This document shows positions 50,205-58,917 of a stretch of DNA of 64,000 nucleotides, piece by piece. Positions within the stretch are counted from its first letter, which is position 1; every line of letters begins with the position of its first letter. Under the pieces are notes generated by a model, which saw nothing but the letters and a program-made list of their open reading frames with translations, did no database searches and had not been told where the DNA came from. Made by a program: the position numbers and the translations under genes. Origin of the DNA: Bacteroidales bacterium (GTDB lineage: Bacteria > Bacteroidota > Bacteroidia > Bacteroidales > VadinHA17); assembly GCA_020201035.1 (NCBI GenBank), contig JAIVHO010000034.1, forward strand, positions 83,577-147,576, read 5' to 3'.

Positions 50205-51377
50205 ATGAAAATCAAGCTGTTATTACTCTCCCTGCTGATAGTTGCAATATCATGCAACAACTCTGAAAGAATCAGGATCAGCGGAAAATACAATGGCAAC
50301 AGGGAGGGTAGTTTATATCTCACCAGAGTCGATATAAACCGTCAGGTATTAATCGACTCTGTAAAGCCAGGACGTACGGGACATTTTTCATTTAACCTGG
50401 AGTCGCGTCAGACTGATTATTACAACCTGGGGTTTGATAACAGTGAATTTATTACGCTGATTGCCTCGCCCGGTGACAGGATAGATATCTCATTTAACGG
50501 ATCCCCGCTTCAGGATGACTACACCGTAAATGGTTCAACAGAGTCGGAGAAGGTAAGACTCCTTGACATGAGGCTTGCTAAAGCCCGGACCGAACTTGAT
50601 TCGCTCAGTACGCTTTACAGCAGTTCAATGAATGCCAGCGACAGGGATACAGCCCTGCTTTCAGCCCTTGAAGAGGAGTATACGGAGATCGTTGACCGGC
50701 TCAGAATGGAGAATATTGCCTTTATACTTGATAATCTCTCCTCCTTTTCCGCCATAAAGGCACTCTACCAGAAGATTGATGATGAAACCTATGTCCTCTA
50801 CCGTGAACGTGACCTTCAGTATATGAAGCTTGTATCCGACTCATTAAGTGCATATTTTCCCGGGTCGCGACAGGCAAGAGCACTTGCGTCCAATGTTGAG
50901 AATGAGATCAACTCCATGTATCTGAACCGTATTACCGCATTAGCAGAGTCGGTGGAGGAAACACTTCCTGATCTTGCCCTCCCCTCAGTTACCGGAGACA
51001 CGGTTCTGCTCTCCTCCTTCAGGGGAAAGGGTTATGTACTGCTCTCGTTCTGGTCCGCAAGGTCAGAGCAATCTGTTTCGGGAAACATGGAACTTAAAGA
51101 GTATTTTAACAAGTACCATAACAAAGGTTTCCAGATATACCAGGTAAATATCGATGATGATGAAAATCTCTGGAGGAATGCCGTAAGGTATGATGAGTTA
51201 CCCTGGATAAGCGTCAGGGATTACAACGAGGGATTGTCTCCCAGTATCTCGATGTTTAATATATCCTCTGTACCCGCCAACTACCTTATTGATCCTGAGG
51301 GGAATATTATTGCCAAGGATCTCTTCGGCCGATCTCTTCAGATAAAGCTGTCGCAAATATTCAATCAGGGTGGATAG
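50205..51377 (+). CDS. TlpA-like thioredoxin-fold lipoprotein paralog lacking the CXXC active site
   Basis: Same architecture and length as the upstream gene, with lipobox AISC. The active-site position reads FWSARSEQSVSGN. Confidence 0.75.
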   Translation: MKIKLLLLSLLIVAISCNNSERIRISGKYNGNREGSLYLTRVDINRQVLIDSVKPGRTGHFSFNLESRQTDYYNLGFDNSEFITLIASPGDRIDISFNGSPLQDDYTVNGSTESEKVRLLDMRLAKARTELDSLSTLYSSSMNASDRDTALLSALEEEYTEIVDRLRMENIAFILDNLSSFSAIKALYQKIDDETYVLYRERDLQYMKLVSDSLSAYFPGSRQARALASNVENEINSMYLNRITALAESVEETLPDLALPSVTGDTVLLSSFRGKGYVLLSFWSARSEQSVSGNMELKEYFNKYHNKGFQIYQVNIDDDENLWRNAVRYDELPWISVRDYNEGLSPSISMFNISSVPANYLIDPEGNIIAKDLFGRSLQIKLSQIFNQGG

Positions 51378-52146
51378 TCGTACTCATACCTATTTTGCAT
51401 CTGATTTTCATCTCGGGCTAAAAGCCGGAACCGATCCGCTTGAGAGGGAGAGACATGTTGTAAGGTGGCTGACGGAGATATCCTCCACTGCAAAATCAAT
51501 CTACCTTGTAGGTGATCTGTTCGATTTCTGGTGGGAATATAAAATGGTTGTCCCGAAAGGATTTACCCGATTTCTTGGCAAAATATCAGAGCTTACCGAC
51601 GCAGGTGTTGAGGTTCACTTCTTTACAGGCAACCATGATATGTGGATCGGGGACTACCTTGCAAAGGAGTGCGGAATGATACTTCATACCGGGGAATATC
51701 GATTTGAGCTTAACGGACGCAGATTCTGCGTGGCTCATGGCGAGGGAGTGGGAGTACGTGATAAAAAATATCTGGCTCTGCTGTGGGTCTTCAGGAACAG
51801 GTTCCTGAGAAGTCTCTATTCAATGCTGCATCCACGTATCGGTATTGCCCTTGCCCACAGATGGTCTCTCAGCAGCAGGCTTGCCAAAAGCTACTCCAGG
51901 GAGTTCAGGGGCGAAGAGAAGGAGCCGCTTGTCAGGTATGCCCGCGAAGCAATGCAGGATGATGATATTGATTTTTTTATCTTCGGTCACCGGCATATAC
52001 CACTCGATCTGTCCTTAAGTGAAAAAAACCGGTTACTGATACTCGGTAACTGGTTTAATGCCCCTGTTTATGCCGACTGGAACGGGGAAGAGATGACTCT
52101 TCGTGAATACAAAAGTGACGGGTATTTAAAAGCCGGGGATAATTAA
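51370..52146 (+). CDS. lpxH: UDP-2,3-diacylglucosamine diphosphatase
   Basis: Calcineurin-like metallophosphoesterase motifs YFASDFHLG, VGDLFDFWWEY, GNHD and FGHRH. GTG start overlapping the previous ORF by 8 nt. Confidence 0.85.
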   Translation: MDSRTHTYFASDFHLGLKAGTDPLERERHVVRWLTEISSTAKSIYLVGDLFDFWWEYKMVVPKGFTRFLGKISELTDAGVEVHFFTGNHDMWIGDYLAKECGMILHTGEYRFELNGRRFCVAHGEGVGVRDKKYLALLWVFRNRFLRSLYSMLHPRIGIALAHRWSLSSRLAKSYSREFRGEEKEPLVRYAREAMQDDDIDFFIFGHRHIPLDLSLSEKNRLLILGNWFNAPVYADWNGEEMTLREYKSDGYLKAGDN

Positions 52147-52186
52147 TCTGCCTCTGCCGTGGCTCTTCTGATTGTTGTCGCCGCTT

Positions 52187-53317
52187 TTAAGACTGTACGC
52201 CTCCAGATGCAGGATCAACAAAAACACTCAGCAGATAATAGGACCAGGAATCGTTAATCTCCTCAAAATCATACTCCAGTTTGTGGCCTGACTTTCGGGC
52301 TATATCTACCAGACCCATTAAACCGGTTTTGTCAGTACACGTATCCATATCTGACAGCAGTTTTCTGTAGAAACCTTTTAGCCCATACCTGTCATAACTG
52401 TTTATCAAATTGAGATTCTCAATCAGAAGCGGCAACTGATGATTTGCAATAAGGCTACCTGTTGTAAGCTTCATGCCTCCATCCTCTGACATAATCATTA
52501 CAAAGGGCATACCATGCATTGCAGCTACTTCTGGCCCCGGATTATACCTGGAGATATTCTGAATAGACTCCATCATTATGCTGAACATCCTTCGCCTGGC
52601 CTTCAGCCCCATATCCGTTTCATTCATCCGGGTCTCGGTAAAGGAGAGGACATTCTTACCGATTCCTGGAGTGACCGGCCCTGACCAAATCATGGCAATC
52701 CCTGCTCTGGCCATCATCCTTCCCAGCATTATTACCCTCTTTCCGTCTGACGTAACTGCTGCCCGGGAATCCTGTGAGATGACCTCCTTCTGTTGCTCTA
52801 CCATTTTGCTAATGATAAAATAGAACCTCTCTCCATCGATATCAATAAAATCATAATCGAGCCGACTGCCCAACTTCCGGGCCATCTCAATAAGGCCCAG
52901 CCCGGCCCCCCCTTTCTCACTGAATCCTTCATTTATAAGCTTCTGAAGGTAAAGGTTCTTTAGCCCTGCAGCATCCATGCTGTTAATCAGATCAAGCTGC
53001 TCCCTGAGCCCCCGGGAATCTTCCTTCCCAATCACGTTTGCCGTGGTTACCCTGTAACCTCTATCCGTTCTTGAATAGATCACAAGGGACATATCACTTT
53101 CTGACTGACTTGTTGAATGGCGTGAGACATTTTGCAGACTCTCCATAACAAACATAAAGAGCCTTTTGCGGCCCGGAAAACCAAAGTCAGACTCTTCCAT
53201 CTCTTTCTCAAGCAGCATCAGCAGGGATTCTGAATTTTCGTTGGTAATGGTGCCTCTGTAGACAAACATAAGGCGTTCATCCCTCATTATGTTGCGGACC
53301 TTTTGTGAAAGCTTCAT
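52187..53317 (-). CDS. protein with two tandem SiaB-like (HATPase-fold, DUF6272-like) modules
   Basis: The two halves are internally homologous: LMFVYRGTIT...RLFMFVMESLQNVSRHS...GGAGLGLIEMARKLGSRLDYDF versus AMIWSGPVTP...RMFSIMMESIQNISRYN...DKTGLMGLVDIARKSGHKLEYDF. The family assignment is from memory of SiaB-type sequences. Confidence 0.55.
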   Translation of the reverse strand: MKLSQKVRNIMRDERLMFVYRGTITNENSESLLMLLEKEMEESDFGFPGRKRLFMFVMESLQNVSRHSTSQSESDMSLVIYSRTDRGYRVTTANVIGKEDSRGLREQLDLINSMDAAGLKNLYLQKLINEGFSEKGGAGLGLIEMARKLGSRLDYDFIDIDGERFYFIISKMVEQQKEVISQDSRAAVTSDGKRVIMLGRMMARAGIAMIWSGPVTPGIGKNVLSFTETRMNETDMGLKARRRMFSIMMESIQNISRYNPGPEVAAMHGMPFVMIMSEDGGMKLTTGSLIANHQLPLLIENLNLINSYDRYGLKGFYRKLLSDMDTCTDKTGLMGLVDIARKSGHKLEYDFEEINDSWSYYLLSVFVDPASGGVQS

Positions 53318-53458
53318 CAGTTTTATTATTGCCGGAGGTACTTTTCTATCTAATTGATAAAGGTAGCAATTTAAAAACCTCCCGACTGCATTATTTAACA
53401 GGAAACAAATTTATCTCAACCCAAAAAGATAAAACCTTTTAATGCATGACGGGAGGTG

Positions 53459-53635
53459 TTACTGGTTAACACCGTTCCTATATTTATGTTCACATTCTTC
53501 AGTCAGCTGATCCAGCTCTTCCCTGCATGTGGGACAAAATTTTAGTTTTTTCTGGTCAATGTCTTCAACATAGGTGCTTGATCTCATTATACACTCCGGG
53601 TTCTGACAGTGAACCAGTCCGAAAAATATCTCCAT
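53459..53635 (-). pseudogene. duplicated C-terminal fragment of the archaemetzincin-like gene (58-codon ORF, Cys4 region only)
   Basis: Hand translation gives MEIFFGLVHCQNPECIMRSSTYVEDIDQKKLKFCPTCREELDQLTEECEHKYRNGVNQ*. Residues 5-45 are encoded by DNA identical to 58412-58535. It falls below the ORF-track length cutoff. Confidence 0.7.
53501..53624. repeat. 124-bp perfect direct repeat, copy A
   Basis: Base-for-base identical to 58412-58535 by manual alignment. The flanks diverge immediately on both sides. Confidence 0.95.
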
Positions 53636-53691
53636 AGGGTGTTGCTTTAAATAAAGTCCTTAAGGATTTGGAGGGGTTTTAAAAAAAACCA

Positions 53692-53699
53692 TATATTTG
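53692..53699 (+). promoter_or_regulatory. -7 promoter box TATATTTG upstream of susC-like gene
   Basis: TAnnTTTG match 39 nt upstream of the ATG at 53738. Confidence 0.45.
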
Positions 53700-53737
53700 G
53701 CTTTGCTTAACATAACCTAAAACTAACATCATTATTT

Positions 53738-56700
53738 ATGAAAAAACTATTACTACTGCTTGCAGCTTGCGCAGTATCGCTCTCAGCAGCGTTCTCGCAG
53801 ACTACGCAGATTACCGGGACCGTTACCAGTTCAGAGGATGGTGATCCCATACCCGGTGTATCTGTGATTGTATTAGGAACAACTATTGGGGTTACTACCG
53901 ATATTGATGGCAGGTACTCAATCAATGTTCCGGAAGTATCAAGAATTCTTCAGTTCTCATTTATCGGGATGAAGGTTCAGGAGATAAGTATTGACGGACG
54001 CTCAACCATTGACGTGGTTATGGAGCCTGACCTGATGGCCCTGGATGAAGTCATGGTGGTGGCATACGGAACTGTCAGAAAAGAGGCCTTTACGGGTTCG
54101 GCAAGTTCCGTGAATGTTGAAAAACTGAATGAAGTGCAGACATCCAATATTACAAAGGCTATAGAAGGACTCTCTTCGGGTATCCAGGTAACAAGCGGAT
54201 CAGGACAGCCGGGAACAAGCTCCTCTATCAGGATTCGTGGTATCGGCTCACTGAATGCATCCACATCTCCACTTTATGTGGTTGACGGATTCCCTTTCAG
54301 CGGTGATATCAACTCCATTGCAACTACCGATGTTGAAAGTCTGACAATTCTCAAGGATGCATCAGCTACAGCTCTCTACGGATCAAGGGCGGCCAATGGT
54401 GTTATAATAATTACCACCAAGAAGGGCAGAGCCAATGACAACCGTGTCAGCTTCAAGGCAAATATCGGTACCAACGTGCGCGGTATTCCAGAGTATGACA
54501 GGGTAGATGTGCCCACTTACTACGAACTTATCTGGGAAGCCCTTTATAATACCAGAGTAATTAATGCCGGAGATGATGATGCAACAGCAAGAGCATGGGC
54601 ATCAGCAAATCTTATTGACCAGCTTGGAAACTATAATGCCTATGATGTACCTAACGATCAGGTTGTGGGAACAGACGGCAGGATAAATCAGTCTGGTAAT
54701 CTCCTCTGGTCAGACAGCTGGTATGATGAGATGCACCGTACAGGCGTGCGCCAGGACTACACCCTTTCTACAAGTGGCGGAAATGACAAGTCAAACTACT
54801 ACATATCAGGGAACTATCTCAAGGATGAAGGTATTGTCCAGCGTTCTCAATATGACAGGTTCACAATAAGGCTTAACGCTGACACCAGGATGAAAGAATG
54901 GGTTAAAACAGGACTGAACATCTCTGCTTCAACATCAACGCAGAACTACCCGGCATCATCAGGAAGCGCCTATGTAAACTCATTTATGTGGTCAAGAATG
55001 ATTGCACCCATCTACCCCGTCTACCTTTATGACCTTAGCGGGAACCTTGTACTTGATGGTGATGGCAACAAGCAGTTCGACTATGGTGACTCCTTTGGAA
55101 GGGCCAGGTCCTATTCATCCAATTCAAACCCACTTGGTGTTATAACCCTTGACAGAAGATTGTACAAGGATGACAATGCCTCTTCAAGAGGCTACGTTGA
55201 GTTTTACTTCCTTAAGGACTTTAAACTTACTGTTAACGCCAGCGCTGACTATCAGGGATCATATAACCTTACGCACCAGAATGCTGCCCAGGGTGATGCA
55301 CAATCTTTCAGCGGCCGGTCAACACTTTCTTCTTCTAGAAGGTTTACCTTTGCATCCAACCAGCTTCTGAACTACAACAAAAGCATTAATGAACATAATC
55401 TTGACATCCTGGCAGCACACGAGAGCAGTGCATACAAGTTTAACTCTCTTTCAGCAACCAGGACAGGCTTCCCTTTTGCCGGACTGTTTGAACTGGATGC
55501 AGCAGCCGTTCTGGAAGATGCGGGATCATATGAGCATAACTTCAGGATGGAGAGTTATTTCTCACGTATCAACTATGACTTCAGAAACCGCTATTTCCTT
55601 TCACTCAGTGCAAGGACAGACGGATCTTCAAGATTTGCTCCTGATTACCGCTGGGGTTTCTTCTGGTCAGTGGGTGCTAGCTGGAGACTCTCTCAGGAGA
55701 ACTTTATGACTGACCTTACCTGGGTTAATAACCTCAGAATCAAAGCAAGTTACGGAGCACAGGGTAATGACAACCTGGGTTCTTACTATGCTTATCAGGG
55801 GCTCTATGCACTTGGCTGGAACAATATGGGATACCCCGGGCTTCTGGCCAGCAGGCTCCCGACACCTGAGCTTCTGTGGGAAAAGAACAATTCGCTTAAC
55901 GTGGGTCTTGACTTCACCATGTTCGAAAGATTCTCAATGAATTTTGAATACTATATTAGAAAGAGTAATGACCTTCTCTTTGCAGTGCCGCTTCCTGCTT
56001 CAACAGGATTCAGTTCATATGATGCAAATATAGGATCCGTTGAGAATGTTGGTTTTGATATTGAGGCTAGCTTCTTAATAGTTAAGAGCAACATTTTTTC
56101 ATGGAATGCAGATATCAACCTTTCCCACTACAGAAATGAAATCACCGAACTGCCCGAAGGACAGGAGCAGATTACACGGGGCACAAAGCAATGGGAAGTA
56201 GGAAGGTCTATCTACGACTTCTTTCTGAGAGACTTTGCCGGTGTCGATCCGGCAACTGGTACCTCACTCTGGTATATGGATGTTTATGAGACAGACGGTG
56301 GTGGTGAAATTGTTCTGGGAGAGGATGGAAAGCCGATAGTTATAGACAAGGTTACAACCGATGACTATGATGATGCAACGAGGTACTATGTTGGAACTGC
56401 AATACCTGATCTGCAGGGAGGTCTTACAAACTCAATCAAAATCGGACCTGTTGATATATCTCTTCTGACAACCTTCAGGATTGGCGGACAGATGCTTGAC
56501 GGAAGCTATCAGGGCCTTATGGGAGGAGAACTGGGCGACAATATGCATATTGATATGCTTAACCGATGGACTCCTACCAATACTGATACAGATGTGCCAT
56601 TGCTGATATTTGACGTTGATGCAAATGCAACATCCTCAAGATTCCTGACGCCGATGGACTTCTTCAGCTTCAGAAATCTCAGTATAGGCTATACATTCCC

Positions 56701-56878
56701 TGAGAATCTTTCAGAAAGAATAGGGATATCAGATGCCAGGTTCTTTGTTAACGTAACCAACCTGCATACTTTCTCTGCCCGTAAAGGGATGGATCCCCAG
56801 CAGTCATTTGGAGGTACAACGGACAACTCATATACTCCGTTACGTACTACATCTTTCGGTCTAAATTTGAACTTTTAA
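53738..56878 (+). CDS. SusC/RagA family TonB-linked outer membrane protein
   Basis: 1046 aa. Signal peptide, CarboxypepD_reg-like N-domain (ITGTVTSSEDGDPIPGVSVIV.GTT.G..TD.DG.Y), TonB box DEVMVVAYGT, and terminal beta-strand ...FGLNLNF. Confidence 0.93.
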   Translation: MKKLLLLLAACAVSLSAAFSQTTQITGTVTSSEDGDPIPGVSVIVLGTTIGVTTDIDGRYSINVPEVSRILQFSFIGMKVQEISIDGRSTIDVVMEPDLMALDEVMVVAYGTVRKEAFTGSASSVNVEKLNEVQTSNITKAIEGLSSGIQVTSGSGQPGTSSSIRIRGIGSLNASTSPLYVVDGFPFSGDINSIATTDVESLTILKDASATALYGSRAANGVIIITTKKGRANDNRVSFKANIGTNVRGIPEYDRVDVPTYYELIWEALYNTRVINAGDDDATARAWASANLIDQLGNYNAYDVPNDQVVGTDGRINQSGNLLWSDSWYDEMHRTGVRQDYTLSTSGGNDKSNYYISGNYLKDEGIVQRSQYDRFTIRLNADTRMKEWVKTGLNISASTSTQNYPASSGSAYVNSFMWSRMIAPIYPVYLYDLSGNLVLDGDGNKQFDYGDSFGRARSYSSNSNPLGVITLDRRLYKDDNASSRGYVEFYFLKDFKLTVNASADYQGSYNLTHQNAAQGDAQSFSGRSTLSSSRRFTFASNQLLNYNKSINEHNLDILAAHESSAYKFNSLSATRTGFPFAGLFELDAAAVLEDAGSYEHNFRMESYFSRINYDFRNRYFLSLSARTDGSSRFAPDYRWGFFWSVGASWRLSQENFMTDLTWVNNLRIKASYGAQGNDNLGSYYAYQGLYALGWNNMGYPGLLASRLPTPELLWEKNNSLNVGLDFTMFERFSMNFEYYIRKSNDLLFAVPLPASTGFSSYDANIGSVENVGFDIEASFLIVKSNIFSWNADINLSHYRNEITELPEGQEQITRGTKQWEVGRSIYDFFLRDFAGVDPATGTSLWYMDVYETDGGGEIVLGEDGKPIVIDKVTTDDYDDATRYYVGTAIPDLQGGLTNSIKIGPVDISLLTTFRIGGQMLDGSYQGLMGGELGDNMHIDMLNRWTPTNTDTDVPLLIFDVDANATSSRFLTPMDFFSFRNLSIGYTFPENLSERIGISDARFFVNVTNLHTFSARKGMDPQQSFGGTTDNSYTPLRTTSFGLNLNF

Positions 56879-56890
56879 ATTGATTCAGAT

Positions 56891-58333
56891 ATGAAAAAAA
56901 TAAGCTTAATATTAATTTTGTTCGTAGGACTCTTCTCTGCCTGTGAGAAGGAATTTCTTGAGACAGCTCCTACAAACCAGATCTCAGACGCAGATGTCTT
57001 CAAGACAGCTGCCGGAGCCCAGACCGTACTAGATGGCGTTCTGCGCAAAATGAGAGCATACAATACCGCTCATGACGACTTCGGGGTAAAGGCCATTGAC
57101 CTTGCCTGGGATCTTATGGGAGAAGACATTACCTGCACGAGGGTACACTGGTTTGGATACGACTACCGCCTTGACAACCGCGGGGCAACATACCGCCGTC
57201 CGCGTACCTCATGGTCTCTTTTCTACCAGGTTATCAATAATGTAAACAATATCCTTGTCAATGCTGACAACATCTCTTTCGAGAGTGCAGAACAGGAGGC
57301 AAGTATCAGGGGACAGGCACAGGCCCTTAGGGGATACGCGTACTATAACCTTATGCTTCTCTTCCAGTTTACATATCTTGGTCATGAGAGTGATCCGGGT
57401 GTTCCGGTCTATCTCGAACCAACAACAGAGGGAAATCCCAGGTCATCGGTCACCGAGGTTTATAACAGAATCACTACCGATCTCGATGACGCCATCGCTC
57501 TTATGACGGCAAATGAAAGCACAACCAGAAGGCATATATCTGATCTGACGCTGGATGTTGTTCACGGTATAAGAGCACGTGTGGCCCTTGAAATGGGAGA
57601 ATGGGGACTTGCTGAATCACATGCAGCTACTGCCCGTGCCGACTATGACCTGAACAACAGGGATCAGTTTGCAGCAGGATTTTCTTCGTACAGTTCAGCC
57701 GAATGGATGTGGGGCCTGGAGATTAATGAGGAACAATCAACAATTTATGCTTCATTTCCTTCACACCTTGATATGTCAGTAGGTGGTTATGCCGGACTTG
57801 GATATAGCCCCAAATATATGAGTGAGGCTCTGTATAATATGCTCCCGGCTGATGATATAAGGAGCGAGCTTGTGACCATCAGCGGATCAGGATATCATAT
57901 AAACTACAAGTTTAATGCAGCACTGGCCGGTAAGGATTTCTCAGCTGACTATGTAATGATGCGTCCTGAAGAGATGCTGCTTATTGAGGCTGAGGCCATT
58001 GCCCGCCAGGGTTCAAGGGACACCGAGGTACAGGCACTTCTTGATGAGCTTCATGCTGTAAGGCAGACTGCACCGGTACTCGTTACTGCAACAGGGACTG
58101 CTCTTCTTGATCTGGTTCTTCTTGAAAGAAGGTTTGAACTCTGGGGTGAAGGCTTCCGCGGTCGTGATATCAAGCGCCTTAAAATTCCGCTTGACAGAAC
58201 AGGAAGTAACCATAACGTCACTGTTTGCGGAACTCTCTATGAAGATGCTGAATTTCTGGGATTCCTGTATAAAATTCCACAGGGGGAGATTGATGCAAAC
58301 AATGCCCTGACTGAGGCAGACCAGAACCAGTAA
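56891..58333 (+). CDS. SusD/RagB family nutrient-binding outer membrane lipoprotein
   Basis: Lipobox LFSAC, 480 aa, immediately downstream of the SusC-like gene. RFELWGEGFRGRDIKR is typical of SusD-like proteins. Confidence 0.9.
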   Translation: MKKISLILILFVGLFSACEKEFLETAPTNQISDADVFKTAAGAQTVLDGVLRKMRAYNTAHDDFGVKAIDLAWDLMGEDITCTRVHWFGYDYRLDNRGATYRRPRTSWSLFYQVINNVNNILVNADNISFESAEQEASIRGQAQALRGYAYYNLMLLFQFTYLGHESDPGVPVYLEPTTEGNPRSSVTEVYNRITTDLDDAIALMTANESTTRRHISDLTLDVVHGIRARVALEMGEWGLAESHAATARADYDLNNRDQFAAGFSSYSSAEWMWGLEINEEQSTIYASFPSHLDMSVGGYAGLGYSPKYMSEALYNMLPADDIRSELVTISGSGYHINYKFNAALAGKDFSADYVMMRPEEMLLIEAEAIARQGSRDTEVQALLDELHAVRQTAPVLVTATGTALLDLVLLERRFELWGEGFRGRDIKRLKIPLDRTGSNHNVTVCGTLYEDAEFLGFLYKIPQGEIDANNALTEADQNQ

Positions 58334-58359
58334 TTATTTCTGGAAAAAGATACCCTTTA

Positions 58360-58401
58360 AAAAGAGAGATGGTGTGAAAATCACACTATCTCTCTTTTTT
58401 T
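58360..58401. terminator. bidirectional rho-independent terminator between the susD-like and archaemetzincin-like genes
   Basis: Stem agagagatggtgtg / cacactatctctct (one G-U pair) flanked by an A-run and a T-run. Confidence 0.7.
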
Positions 58402-58864
58402 AAGCTTTAATAGTCAGCTGATCCAGCTCTTCCCTGCATGTGGGACAAAATTTTAGTTTTTTCTGGTCAATGTCTTCAACATAGGTGCTTGATCTCATTA
58501 TACACTCCGGGTTCTGACAGTGAACCAGTCCGAAATTCCGTAGCCTGTAGAGAGATGCAACCGCTTTCTCGCCACCCAGTATTGCCTGTCCGAAAATATA
58601 TGTAAGCACCGGGATATAGAGATCAACCCGGTATAAGCCTATTATCCTGACAGCCTTCTCTCCCGGAAAGGCCCCAATCATCTGAAGAAGCTTATTTGCA
58701 TCGTATTGTCTGCGGGAAGGATTATAATGCTCTGTAATATCATTGTGGCACTCCCTCACTGTCACCGGGAAGCCAAAATGAAGTTTCAGTTCATCGGTGA
58801 TCTTCCTGATAACCATCTCCTCAAAGTGGTCGCAAGGGATTAATATGATCTGGCAGCTACTCAA
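58400..58864 (-). CDS. archaemetzincin (peptidase M54)-like protein lacking the HEXXH motif
   Basis: The C-terminal part fits the archaemetzincin pattern GX3CX4CXM...CXXC (FGLVHCQNPECIM...FCPTC). Where HEXXHXX is expected the sequence reads LYRLRNF. Length is 154 aa. Confidence 0.6.
   Translation of the reverse strand: MSSCQIILIPCDHFEEMVIRKITDELKLHFGFPVTVRECHNDITEHYNPSRRQYDANKLLQMIGAFPGEKAVRIIGLYRVDLYIPVLTYIFGQAILGGEKAVASLYRLRNFGLVHCQNPECIMRSSTYVEDIDQKKLKFCPTCREELDQLTIKA
58412..58535. repeat. 124-bp perfect direct repeat, copy B (inside the archaemetzincin-like CDS)
   Basis: Identical to 53501-53624. Confidence 0.95.
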
Positions 58865-58917
58865 TTATTAAGGTTAATTCAGGGAAAGGGTTGAACATGA
58901 TTCCCTTTATTTTTTAT

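Noticed and set aside
53501-58535. The 124-bp repeats as target-site duplication or ends of a transposon/ICE carrying susC/susD
   Set aside because: There is no transposase, integrase, inverted terminal repeat or tRNA attachment site, and 124 bp is far longer than any target-site duplication. It is kept as a recombination/duplication or assembly finding instead.
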